From the NCBI GenBank assembly GCA_040954595.2, contig CM082578.2, positions 13,048,204 through 13,112,203 on the forward strand: a stretch of 64,000 nt of DNA, written 5' to 3'. The notes below the pieces were generated by a model that worked only from the letters and a program-made list of their open reading frames with translations, did no database searches and was not told the DNA's origin. Below, piece after piece: positions 1 to 12,327 of the stretch. Position numbers and translations under genes: made by a program. Every line of letters starts with the position of its first letter. Within the stretch, counting starts at the first letter, position 1. The DNA is from Balanoglossus misakiensis. Its lineage: Eukaryota > Animalia > Hemichordata.

Positions 1-890
1 TACTCTGTACTTGCAAGAAGTAGACTCTGTAGTAGTTACACACGGTAAACTTAACAGTGGCAGAGGAGATAACATTACAGACACAGGCAGAGTGATCGTA
101 AATGAGGGACAGGTAGGCCTACATAACAAAATATCCAGCACACACACATGCACAGAAAAATACGTATTATGGGTTTGAGAAAAAAAAAGACCAACTGATG
201 CCTGTATTTGATGCAAACCTCAGTTCCATTCAACCAAAACAAGAGAGTTTAAGAAACAACTAAGCCAACAACTACTAATAATAAGTATTTTTCTCACACT
301 CATCCATGTTTATTAAATGTAATACAGGGGGCGGTCTTCTAACACATTTATACATGTATGTACGTGCGTCTTTGAGATACATGTAAACTCCACTATGGGC
401 CATATAAGGTGCTTCTCTAGTACAAAACAATTTGTTCTGTCAGTCACAAAATAAACATTGCAGTTCACACACAATCCACGGTGGAGAAATTCTTCAATTG
501 GTGATTGTAAATCAACAGTACATGTGAAGTGATTGGACCAGTTCTTTGACACTATATGCACTGCTTGGCACTTTTGGGCTATGCAGGGTTTATTATCGCT
601 ATCCACCTAGGAGTGAGCGAATCCTTTCTCAGGTCCATATTATGTACCACAGGAGGGTGATTCCATTTAGCACAGGTAGAACGGGGTAGAACAGATCACA
701 CGAATGCGGATCTCGTAGCAGAGATTGTGTTGTCTCGTATGTGTGTACATTCTATTTATCACTATCGAGTCTATTTTATCGTAGGTGACTGGGCGACTCC
801 CCCCTCGCACCAGCGGAGACACCAGAACTCTAGTTCTTTCTCCGTCAACAACCTGGTATAATCCTCTATCCCGTGTCTTTGCATTTTCAG

Positions 891-1091
891 CGGAACTGGA
901 AAAACAGACCCTGACGCTGAAGAGGTCCCTGGGCAGCGCCGCTGACTCCGGAGTCGGTCTGGACATGGACAGTATCGTCAACGGCGACCTGAGGGACAGC
1001 ATGGACTCGCTGAGTGTGCACGGCGGTCGAGAGAACTCCCTGAAGAGAACTGCACTCTCTAACTCCCTCATGGATCTCAAAGAATCAGCAG
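891..1091 (+). CDS. Internal coding exon of an unidentified gene (gene A); Ser-rich C-terminal region
   Basis: Acceptor ...gcattttcag|890/891 and donor gcag|gtagat 1091/1092. 201 bp, phase 1-1, GC-rich, open frame AELEKQTLTLKRSLGSAADSGVGLDMDS...SNSLMDLKESA. Confidence 0.8.
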
Positions 1092-1958
1092 GTAGATATC
1101 CCCCTGTCTCCCCACTGCTTCCCCCAATGTTACCATCCTTTAATTCTTGATCTCACAATATCTGAAAGTGAAATTATTAATTGAAAAGTAATGATGAAAG
1201 AGGCTATTTGGTGCCCTTTAAAAGCCAGAAATTTTGCCTTCTTCTTGTCTGAAATATTCCCCACACCATGTATGAGTGGTAACCGATTTCTCAATATTAA
1301 AAAAAAAACACACCAATAGAATAGAGTGCCGTGTAAAGGAATGGAAAGTACAGTATGCAAACATTATACAGTGATCTAAAACAAGCCGTGTGATGGAAAA
1401 CCACACTAGTCTAGTTATTTTTTCACCAAACATTTTGTATTTCTGCACCCACACACACTTTTGAGGAGCTCCATATCATGTATCATGGGGTCATTTCAAA
1501 GTCATCATTCCACATTGGCAGGTTCCACACCCTGGTTTCCTCTCAGCTTCCACTATTAACTCTGCTTTCTGTCTGCTCCTCTCTTTCTTCTACTATCATT
1601 CAAGTACATTTTTCAAACTAATTACTCCTTTGTTCTCACTGGGTCATAATGTCATCCAAACATTTTTGCCAAAAAAACTTGTCGCTTGTTGAGCACTGAC
1701 CATCCCTAGGTTTGTGTTAACCACATTCACCCCAACCCCAACCCAATCCCATTCCTACCCGTATGTTACCTCATCCAATCCCATCCCACCTGACCACATC
1801 ACGTTTTATTCAATATCAGTCGAACCTCAGCAGTCATGTCCGTCCAGTGTACCAGCAAATGTTATGTGTTTTGGCGCTGCTTTCTTGTTTTTTTCGCGTA
1901 ACTGCCTCGTCGCAATTCTCTGCACCGTATCAGTGTTTCTCGTTTGCCGTTGTTTCAG

Positions 1959-2075
1959 TCGTCGTTCAGAAAACGAGCACGCTTCCTCACAGAGGGTCAT
2001 CTTCGTCTTTGCAATCAACAACGCTTCGTGTCGCTTCACCTAATCGGCTCAGTGTCAGTCCACGTCAGCGACGTG
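1959..2075 (+). CDS. Probable cassette coding exon of gene A
   Basis: Acceptor tgtttcag| and strong donor cgtg|gtgagt. 117 bp, symmetric phase 1-1, in frame with flanking exons: VVVQKTSTLPHRGSSSSLQSTTLRVASPNRLSVSPRQRR. Confidence 0.6.
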
Positions 2076-3466
2076 GTGAGTCTTCTGTCACGCACTACCA
2101 CAACCCATCACACGTCCCCTTTTTTCGTTTGCTGCGTGCTGTGGTGTGCTGTCATGTCACTTGCTGTGCTGTGCTGTTTCTGTGCCGTGCTGTGGCGTGT
2201 TGCTTTGCGTCCATAAGTAAATGCATGCGCATGTACACGTATGTTATTTGTTTTTCTGACCATCATTCACACACAAAACTCCCCACAGAAGTGTGCTTCT
2301 CTTGTCTCTATGAACCCAACCAAGCATCATCTGTCTCTCTCAATTACAAACTTCTAAATACTAGTATCATCATTCTGAGTCTGATGATTACAGAAGAAAT
2401 CAGTTTTTTTATACCAGAAATAACCCTTGGTTGGGTTCATATGGCATGACATGAAATATCAGAGGGCTAAGGTAACAAAAAAGTAACAATTCGTCTTAAT
2501 AGATCACCAAATGATAATGTTTATTGGCTGACAAGGCACTTCTAGACTAGATCACTTTTTACAAGGTCCAGTCTGCAATGTCTTTCTTGCCAAAGCATTG
2601 AATGAAATGCCTAATAAGAAGTATGAAAAGTATTAAATGCTAAGGTTTATCGGCTGGCATGGATCAGATATCTTGGGCAAACGTGAACTGAAAGTGTCTT
2701 GTTTATATTGAGTGAGATCCCACAATGTATGGCGTTCTGTGGAGAGGATAATGACAGTTTTCTTGTCTTTACAGTATTATTGTAGGTGACCTTTGAACTT
2801 GTTGGCAGCTTGTATCTAAATCTCACCACCTCAAAAGAATGGTTCTTGTACTAAGAGCCCCCTCACCTGTCGCCTCATGATTGAATATACATGTAGCAAT
2901 GCACACAAACGCATTTAACAGAAGTCAACACTCTGAAGCCTAGGAGAATGTGTGCTCATTCTTTGTGGAGATCTCACTCAATTGAGCTGTTGGCACTCGC
3001 AGGTCACAGATCATTCGTCAAGTTAAATTACCCTTGTGTTTCTTACTCTGTTGCGATGAGTGTTTCCCCACAAACCCTGAAAAGAAGGTGACGTGAATGC
3101 ATCTGCTTAACTCTCTAACAGCAGCCAGTCGCTTACAAGTTCTCTCTCATGATGCAGTCTTAAGGTTGTGAAAAAATGCTTTGTCTTCTGTGTTCCTTCC
3201 TGTAAGATCCAAGACAATTTCTTGGTTAAGGAACAGACAAAGTCTACTGCACTTTGCGATGCTCACCTCTTGAGTAGAAACCAGTCTTTTGTAACTGGAA
3301 AGAAAGTTTGACCTGAGGTTTTATCTGTGACCAGTTCTAAACTTTTGGATTTGCCGAAAAGTGTGCAGAGCAGCTGAATTTGTAAGATGCATGAGCTGAG
3401 CTTGTAGGGGTCGGCCACTGTTAGTTCTGCTGTATCTGGCACTTATATGCTTGTCCATTGTTCCAG

Positions 3467-3513
3467 GCAAGAAAGGTCGCCGTGACAGCTCAGGCTCCCT
3501 GGACAGTGGAATG
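3467..3513 (+). CDS. Penultimate coding exon of gene A
   Basis: Acceptor ccattgttccag| and donor atg|gttagt. 47 bp, phase 1 to 0, encodes GKKGRRDSSGSLDSGM. Its phases join exon 891-1091 (or 1959-2075) to exon 4346 in frame. Confidence 0.7.
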
Positions 3514-3680
3514 GTTAGTAAATTTTGTATCCTAGTATTAAGCTTTCCCGGTCATCTGCATAAGCCGATCCAACATTGAGCAAAATTGCTCATGGTTATT
3601 TGGGATAGAGTAGTAGTTCTGCATGGGAGATCGTACCTCTGACTAGTTTTCTCATCTCTTGCTGCAGACCTTTTAAGCTG

Positions 3681-3759
3681 TTAACCCTTTCACCGCCATG
3701 GTTCAGTCCAAAACCATAGTTTAGTTTGGTATGGTTGGAACTGGGGGTGAAAGGGTTAA
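3681..3759. mobile_element. piggyBac-type mini-MITE (71 bp) with TTAA target-site duplication
   Basis: TTAA|CCCTTTCACC...GGTGAAAGGG|TTAA: perfect 10-bp TIR with CCC/GGG termini and TTAA on both sides. Intronic in gene A. Confidence 0.8.
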
Positions 3760-4345
3760 GAAATCGCATCTAAACATGGCCATGCTGACTTTCTGTCATT
3801 CTGGCCTCTGGCATGCTTTACAAATGCATGGAATTGACCCCTTGTGTTTCTAAGTGTTGTTTTATGTCTTGTCCAGGGTAAATATACATGTACATTTGTA
3901 CCTTCAAATGACTGACCCAACCAATGTGGCTCCAAAACCTCTGCGGATGACTGAGATCGTCTACCTCTTGTTGATCTTGCCTATGCATGTTTTTTCTTTA
4001 TTCCCAACACTTGGCCACTTTGCAACCAGAAAAAAAGTTTATGTCTCACTTTTTTAACCAACTCTTCTTGTCCTTTGATTTATAAAAAAAATCTCCATAA
4101 GTACTCTCTTACAAATACCTCAAGGAGATCCATCCTTAAACTCTGCTGATCACCACATACACCAAAAAAATTCACACTGGTCCTGTGTTAGGAGAAATCT
4201 GAAAATGTGGAAAGAAATTTGATCAGTCGTTTCCTGACATCAATGCGAGAGAATGAACAGAAAGTAAACCATCAGTAGAGGTTGCACCTGGTGAGAACGG
4301 ACAATTCGGTTAAACTAACTTGACTTCCACTTTCCACCCTTGCAG

Positions 4346-4477
4346 CCAATGAGTATCCATGATTCCATTCCGAGTAGAAAGCGCTCTGCACTGACTGCTT
4401 TCTTCACCGGCAGGAGAAGAGCTCAGAAGACCAGCAGCTCCAACGTCTCCACAGTCTCCCTCACAGGAGTGGAGTGA
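4346..4477 (+). CDS. Terminal coding exon of gene A
   Basis: Acceptor tttccacccttgcag|, phase 0, encodes PMSIHDSIPSRKRSALTAFFTGRRRAQKTSSSNVSTVSLTGVE, stop TGA at 4475-4477. Confidence 0.75.
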   Translation, partial: PMSIHDSIPSRKRSALTAFFTGRRRAQKTSSSNVSTVSLTGVE

Positions 4478-7225
4478 TCCAGCGTCTGGCCACACCCACA
4501 CAATGTCAGATGTTCTCAGAGCTTGTCAATCTGTTATTGCAGAAAGCGTTGCTCACTGTTTTATGTCTCTCAGTATGATTTTTATTTTTAACTTCAAATT
4601 TTAGTATTTTATTGGTGATTTGAAATGCATATAACTTGATGTATATACAGAAAAGTTGTGAGTGCGGGCACACACATACATTCACACATACACCTACAGT
4701 ACATTTATAGAAGATGTTAGACTAGCATGCACACAGTATACAGAGTGTTTTCTTTTTCTTTTCTGGCCATATTTCAGAGTGAATTTACGTGTATAAAGAT
4801 TTTCGTGTATGATCAAGATTTTTCAGCTGACTTTCTCAATGCAGTTGAACACATCTGTCATGAAGATGGTTCACTGTTCAGCCATGCACACACAAGAAAC
4901 ATTTGTCTTTTTGTGTTAATATGATACTCACTTTTTAAAAAAATGAGTTTTACGCTTTGGGTTGTAATTTGTTGTTTCGAAAATACTTTTTTTTATCCAG
5001 AAAATGAAATCAGGGGTGACAGATAAAATGCACATTGCTATTTTCAACCCCAAAACAACTGCTTCATTCTGATTTTGAGTCTGTTGGAAAGTTTGCGTTG
5101 TGCTTTTTTAAATCAAGAAAATGAGCTCTTATGCATTTTTTTGTTATTTTTAAGGAATCTACACAAGTTTTAATATCACTGGAAATGGTTTTTAAGACTC
5201 TTTATTTGTCAGAAAATTTATTCCTAAAAAAATAATCCTTTCCCTAAACAGTCAAATATATGCATACTGATGGGGGGGGGGGGGGAGGGGGGGTTATTTG
5301 CTCACCCATTGCATGCACCGATTATGTCTCACACTATCACCACTTTTCTAACTTTCTTTTGCGTAGAGAGCTCACTTTATTTGTGAAGGCCATCCTCAAT
5401 AGATCAAATCTAGTTCTGTCCATTGAGAGTTTTCCAGCTACACTGTAATGCGCGACATCACACACGAGTCCGTGCCCAAGTATACTTCCATACGTGCATG
5501 GTAACATTTAAAATGGAAAATGTGATTTTGTGTTGTGGCAAATCCTAACCGGACATGTACACTAACATCAGAACATGACGCGCGGTACAACCTGAATGTT
5601 CTGGGGAGTGGTATGACAGTGTAACATGTCCTTGTACAAAACTGTTTTAATGGAAACCTAAATTTCAGATATCTAGATAATGGTGCTAGAAACATCAATA
5701 CATGAAAAAAATGATATTAGGTACTACGATTATTAAAAAGCAATATTTGTAATAACCAAATGTGTATGCTTTATATTGGAGTTTACAAAATCTACAGATA
5801 TGTATCATTGTCACGTTTTTGGGGAAATAAGCATGTTTTGTATGATTGAATATTGAAGGTGTTTTCCTGTCATGCTGTTTAACTTCAGTGAGTTGCTATG
5901 AGTTACCACCAGTGCTTATACAAGCATTGCTGGAGTGCTTATACAAGCATTGCTGAACTGGTATCCTTCAGAGCTGGTACAATGACATAAGCGAATGGCT
6001 GCTGGTCGGCCATTTTCCTTGGTCTCACGGCTCTCGTCTCTGAAGTATTTCAAGATGGCTGACAGGGGTCACCACCCTGGAGACATGTTCACTTCTTTTA
6101 TAACACCCACTGCACAACACCAAATAAGATGATATCGTATCGTTGTAACCACTCTCACTGGCTCTCTGTGTTAAATTTTCAGCATCAGTTTTAGTATTTA
6201 ATGCATTCATAGACACATTTCAAATTTAGTTGCATATTGTTACTGCACTACAAGTTCACGGAATTTGTCTCTTCCTATAGGATTACATTGAGAATCGCTA
6301 GAAAACCCACTCCCGCTATTGTCATTTTTATGAACATTGCTCAGCTAAATTAAATACACAGGTTGAATGAAATCGTGCAGTCACTTTTCGTAGTTTTGAG
6401 ATGAACTTTGTTGAATGTGTTCACCCATAGAAAAACCATTGGTGAAATAATGCTGACTCAGCATTTTTTAGTAAAAAAAAACCCCAAGCAAGTTGACCCG
6501 TATAGTTCATTTCTCATATTTATTATACAAAGGAGAATCATAAAATCCGCAATTAAAAGTAATGGCAATATTTTACCGTTCGTACATCCATAACCCATTT
6601 CTCAATTCTGGTATTTAATTGGCTGTTCACTTATTGATGCAATTTTGATGACAATTTGCTTAAAACGTTTCCCCATGGCTTGCGAAGATGGCCTTCGTGT
6701 TTGGCTGTAGCAGTTGCACTGGTGTGGCAACACATTGACATTCATTTAGCATAATTCATGTCTGAGTGATAGGCGGATTAAATTCAATAACAGGGAGACG
6801 TCAAACTGCCTAGTGCTGAGGGCATGTCAACGTGCCTCGTAATACAAATAGACTTTTAAAATGGTGCTCACAGGACACTAGTATTGTGTAAATATTGAGG
6901 GAAAAAAAGCTTTGTTGAAAGTTTCTTCTAGTGACCTTTAAAGTTGTGTGTACATGTCATTTTCAACCCTGCAAATGTGGTGAAACGTTTTCATTAGAAA
7001 TGCGGTAACAGTTTAAACGGAGATGTGTCGCACTCCACTGAAAACTGTCTCCAAGAATTGATGTGTACATAACAGTTTAAAGCTTTGTGACTGGGGAACA
7101 CCAGTCGTGTGCCTGTGTTCATCATTGTCTATACACTTCCTATGTGAATGTAACTTTTAAATGACATAATTATTTGAAACCCCTGTAAAAAGAGGAGAAT
7201 AAAAATGTGATGGGAAATGTTGCTT
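4478..7225 (+). other. Long 3'UTR of gene A with polyadenylation signal
   Basis: AT/GT-rich sequence after the stop. AATAAA at 7198-7203 is followed by a GU/U-rich downstream element. An earlier AATAAA-like site cannot be excluded. Confidence 0.5.
5911..5955. repeat. 23-bp tandem duplication in 3'UTR
   Basis: agtgcttatacaagcattgctg occurs at 5911 and 5934. Confidence 0.9.
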
Positions 7226-7456
7226 CTTCTTGTTCAGTTTGAGATATCAGTATGTTGTTTGGACAATGACCAGGGGAACTGTTTTTGATACTGTGGCGTA
7301 GACTGTCAGTAGTTGATCGCAACTTATTTGTTTTTGCTTAATTACACAAAACTTACACGTACCATCTTATTATCACTTCGAAACCCGTAACAAGGTCAGG
7401 GGTCGTTAAAGTAAAGTTTAAATCTTAGCCGCCTTAAACAATGCAGTTGTCAATCA

Positions 7457-7784
7457 TTTTAGGGGCAGCAGGTAAGAAACGCATGTTCAGAGTCGTGGTT
7501 TTTTACCTTCAACATCGGAAATTATTTGGTCACGTGTTGTTCGGGTGACAACCTTGTTTCATTAAGGTGTTTGTGATACTTCGTCCTAACATCTTTCTAA
7601 TGAGAGGCCCATCACATTTTCAGTTTGTTCTTATCTTCAACTTACAGTAGAATAAAGCCAAATTTACAATGATAAAGGTGACGAATTCGACGGTTCTACG
7701 TTGATTATGTTCAAGTATACAATCAGTGCTTTAGCATGGAATTCGTTCACATCCCGTTTGCTTCACAACCGCCTGCCCCTAAAA
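7457..7784. mobile_element. Degraded MITE immediately upstream of the P450 promoter
   Basis: Inverted termini ttttaggggcag (7457-7468) and ctgcccctaaaa (7773-7784). Weaker internal inverted similarity between ~7493-7517 and ~7667-7691. Confidence 0.5.
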
Positions 7785-7807
7785 TTCAAACAGCGTCACT
7801 GGGGTAG

Positions 7808-8071
7808 ATATAATATTCTGATTTTACAGTCGTTCTAGCACTTGGGCGCCGAGAGCATAGTGGAACGGTACCACTACACGTTATAAGTTTTTAGGAGTCG
7901 CAGGTGAGTTTGCTGCATCATTCGCAATTCATTGGCACCATGCTCTTAAAGTCGATGACTGTAGTCTTCTAAGTTTGACTTTTTTTTTTCATTTTTCTGG
8001 ATGCATTTTAAATAGTCGCATTAAATTTAGACTTCGACGAAAACATAAAACGGGTGTTAATTTGTTTACAG
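7808..8071 (+). promoter_or_regulatory. P450 TATA-like box, non-coding first exon and 5'UTR intron
   Basis: gatataatat at ~7807-7816. Consensus donor gcag|gtgagt at 7903/7904 and acceptor tttgtttacag| at 8071, 15 nt before the ATG. Confidence 0.55.
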
Positions 8072-8086
8072 GAAAAACGTTCCGAC

Positions 8087-9925
8087 ATGCTGGACACTTT
8101 GGTGTTGATGATTTCGGTCTTCTTGCTCGTTGTGTGGTTCCGCAATCGACCCAAGAATCTGCCGCCGGGTCCGTGGGGTTGGCCGATAGTCGGCGTGCTG
8201 CCAAGAGTTGGGGCCAATCCGGGAAAGTGGTACATGGAGTTGACCAGGCAGTACGGTGACGTCATTAGTGTACGATTAGGGAGCGAACTTGCCGTCGTCA
8301 TCCACGGTTACGACGCGGTGAGGGAGGCGTTCGTGGAGAAGGGGAGCATTTTCTCTGGCAGACCGGATAATTTGCATTCCAAGGTGCATAATGGGGAAGG
8401 TAAGCTTAAAAACAGTGTTCGTGATTGGACAACCGTGTAATGGTCCTCGCGTGTGCAGGTGGTGGATGTGGGAGGGGCACCTGGCTTTCGTACGTACAGG
8501 TGTACCTGGACAGTTCAAGTTACAAAACACAATGTCTGTGATTTTTCTTAATTTGGTGGGACGTCAAAAGTCTGCATCTCTGGCCATTACCCATGTCAAA
8601 ACTTTTCTCCCCCCAAAAAGTTGGTAAAATCGATGCACTGGTATCTATCTGCTACTATCATGGCTGTTTCTTTTTCAGTTTTAGTAGTTCGTCAGGCTGA
8701 CTATGCTTGCAAAATGCGGAGGACATTGTTTAAATCGGGTCTCCGTCGGCTTGGATCGAGCAAGGACGATGGTTTCGTAGACGAGCAAATCCGCGAGGAG
8801 ATTGGGCATCTGTGTGAAGCTCTGGAGAAAACCAGAGGACGAAAAATCGATAACTTCTTGGAGGACGTTATGAGCAAAGTCATGGCTAATATAAGCTCGG
8901 CCATCTTCTTGGGCGAGAGGCTGGACTACGACGATGCAAAACTCAAGCTCACACACGAGAATGGGGCGCGAATTCAAAGAACCTTTAAATCGGCTGGGTT
9001 GATAAACTGCTTCCCGTTTCTGTGGCGGTTTCCCCTTGCGATCAAAGGGGAGCTGCTGGCCGCAATGGACGTCTTTCACAGCAAGGTCCAAGAACACGTC
9101 GACGCCCACAAACTTTCACTGGACACCTCCAATCCCCGAGACGTGCTCGACGTTTTCCTGACGAAGGTCGCACACCTCAAAGATAGCACGGACGCTAAGA
9201 AGTACATCGACGACGCTGACTTGCCGGGAGAATTCGGAGACGTCGTGCGCACGGGGGGCGAGACAACGAGCACAACGCTGACTTGGATATTGCTGTACAT
9301 GGCCAAATATCCGCGCATCCAGAGTCGAGTGCAGGAGGAACTGGACACCTTTCACCCAGGAACGACCTTCATCACCCATTCGGAACGACACAAACTCCCC
9401 TACACCCTTGCGTGCATGCACGAAGTCATGCGACACCAGACTGTGGCACCCCTCGGACTGCCGCACGCTACTACAGAGCACGTGCGCTTTCGAGGCTTTG
9501 ACATCCCCGCCAAAACTACAGTGTTCGCGAACCTCTACTCCACGCACAATGATGAAAGATACTGGGCAAAACCAGGCGAGTTTAAACCCGAAAGATGGCT
9601 GAAGGAAGACGGCAGTTTTAGCATGGCAGATTTTCTCGCAACCTATTCATATGGTAAGTTTTTCTACTTGGATTAATTCTGTCGCCCACTCTTTAAATTG
9701 ACCTAATCTGTATTTTTATGAGGGATTGTTTTTGTTTCCTTCGCAGGTCCAAGAGTCTGCGTTGGAAAGGATCTTGCGCAAAAGGAAGTGTTTGTGGTTT
9801 TCGCGAATTTGATGAAACGCTTTCACTTTAAACCACCTGAGGGCAAGAACGACATTGATTTGAGGGAAAAGTGCGCCCTCATTGCTGTGCCTGCCAACTG
9901 CAGTCTTCGTGCAGAACCACGATAA
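8087..9925 (+). CDS. Cytochrome P450, CYP2-clan-like, 488 aa; coding exons 8087-8399, 8679-9653, 9747-9925
   Basis: N-terminal membrane anchor plus PPGPWGWP hinge, I-helix GGETTSTTL, K-helix EVMR, PERW, heme motif YSYG|PRVCVG split by the last intron. Both introns are GT-AG, phase 1, and keep the frame (1467 nt). AATAAA at 10174-10179. Confidence 0.95.
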
Positions 9926-11653
9926 ATCGCAGACCACGTCTATGTATAGTAATCACTGATATTAGATTGGTTGTGTGTTGCATTTTAAGCATCCAGGTGT
10001 CTGTATTCCGCCGACAATCATGGCTGGCGTGCTTCGGCTTGAAGTGTTTTTCGTAGTTGTCTGATTGATCTATGGACTTGTTTGAAGTATAGGTACGGTT
10101 AGTAGGGCAGGGTGAACTCTGGGCGGAGTTACCGATAAGAAATATCAAATAATATATAGACATGTCGACCTGCAATAAATCCATCTTATCAATTAACTCA
10201 TCCATCCACCCAACCAACCATTTTACAAATTTAACTTGAAAAGATAAGAGTAAAAGAATGATCGTTACGTGAGGGCGCATATTCTGAAAAAAAGTGTATC
10301 CGATAGATATTGTATTCACGCGCAATCGCAGTTCACCCGGCATCTTGGAAACACCCAAGCTTAAAATTGACGTCACCGTGTCCTAAATATAACTTATTTG
10401 TTCACGATTTTCAAATCCCCGGGAAATGCAGTTATAGTCCGCATGTTAAATTGTATCGGCAGCGCCTTTTGATTTGTAATATGGCTTCGAGGATAGTCAA
10501 AATCTGGATTTCTATTACCTTTATGACAAATCTGGATATCAGATCGAAACGAGATTGGGAGGCATGGCCTGGTATTAATGAAATGAATGTAACAATTCTC
10601 TAAGGCCTGGCACAATCTGGACGGTTGTCGGCAGATATTAGCAAAATTAACTCCAAAGACACTTAAACAGCCACCGGTACCGGTTCGCACAACGGTTATT
10701 TTGCCTTGCAGGGTTTTCAGCAGAAACATCACAACGTTTTATTTTTTTCCAACCAGATTTAGATAGGATATACATGTATCAACGAGTCCCCAGTGCTCCC
10801 TCACTGGCCAAGTTTGAGCAGGACGCCATTCCCGTTTCTCATAAAACAGCACAGTCTATCTTCGTGTACGTCACGGTTTACCTGTAGGCACTCACTTCAT
10901 ACTATTATCCGCTTATATCTGGCTAGTGGAAATCCATTATTTCCAAACATATTACCGCTTGTGTAATTTCCTACCTGAATCAACGGTGACCAAAAGCAAC
11001 CATTATGCATTATTAATTTTAATCGACGATGAAACCTTTTCACACGTCAAATGTGGTGGCGATCAATTTATTTTGATATCATCCACAAGGTCTCTCATGT
11101 AAATTAAGACTTTGGTTCAAAGATCTAGTAATCTATTATTTAAAATGTGAACAAAAAAGCAATATTCGGAAGGGAGCAGAAACGCATATGCCCGTCCTTT
11201 ACACAAAAGGTTCTCTATGCCGAGATCATTGAAAATGTCGAAAGAAATGAATCACGTCGAAGTTGCCCCGAAGTTGGCGGAATCAAATCGCGGATGTTCG
11301 GAGACAAAGGCTTTGGAGGACAACAAGAAAAGGCTCCTGTTCCCTCAAACCACTAGAGATCCATCCATATCATGACTAGGGCAGATTTATAGGAACTTTT
11401 CTTTATCTGTGCTATGTCCTGATGAGTCCTTACTACCTTGAAATAACGCCAAAGTTTTATACCCGGAATCAGTGCAGCACGTACAATGCGTCTCACGCGC
11501 AAGTTGCATTTACGTGTAGTCTGCGCTACAGCTAAAATTATAACACACCATGCAGCGAACCCTCGATCGTGATTCGTCAATACGACGTCACGTGACCTTA
11601 GTCATTTCGAACTGTTGCCTTTGGCATCAGTTCGATTGGTTTGGTGTGTTATA

Positions 11654-11843
11654 ATACACATGATGGCTGACATATTCGGGCAACAGTGTATTTTTAATGA
11701 CCTCGGGACTGCCAGTCACACCAAAACAGTCTGTTTTCCCTCGGGCTATGCCCTCGGGAAAACAAGACTGTTTTAGTTGTGACTAGCAGCACCCTCGGTC
11801 ATCAAAATACACTGTTGCCCTCATTGTCAGTCATCATGTGTAT
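11654..11843. mobile_element. ~190-bp fully palindromic (foldback) non-autonomous element
   Basis: Arms atacacatgatggctgaca / tgtcagtcatcatgtgtat, gggcaacagtgtatttt / aaaatacactgttgccc and aaaacagtct / agactgtttt pair almost to the centre (gggc-tat-gccc). AT-rich flanks. Confidence 0.8.
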
Positions 11844-12292
11844 AATGTACAAGAGCCCGGAAACTCTTGATGAGATTATAACCAAGGAAAATCCCTTTAA
11901 AGGAAATTCTTACTCTCTGCCACAATCTAATTTAGTCGAGGACCGTCGAATGGCTACTGATCTAGAGTGATGCCCTTGATGACCCTACGATTTTTTTGGA
12001 AATTCTGAGTATTGGACATCCATGCACCAACAGCGTTTCAACGAACCTGAGAACAGTTAATGGCCTCACATTCGTTCAATAAGCACGTCTTTGGACAGAA
12101 ATGGATATGTGTAGATTTTGTCAAGAAAACCCCCCACAAACGTTTGATTGTGTTAATGATCTAGATTGTTTGTGGACATCAATAAATAATATTTCGCCAT
12201 CAGTTAAAAACGGAAGGGTTTAAAGTGAAAATGGCGGACTCGGCTTCGAAGGGACATACAATAGACACGTATAGTCTTCTTATTCAACCAGA

Positions 12293-12327
12293 GTCAGTCA
12301 GTCAGTCAGTCAGTCAGGCAGTCAGTC
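12293..12327. repeat. (AGTC)n microsatellite
   Basis: About 8 tandem tetramers. Confidence 0.9.

Noticed and set aside
1763-2449. 228-aa ORF as an independent gene
   Set aside because: Only 1959-2075 is bounded by splice sites. The rest is low-complexity TG-rich intron that happens to lack stops.
7975-9602. Antisense and alternate-frame ORFs over the P450
   Set aside because: Shadows of GC-rich coding sequence with no recognisable motifs.
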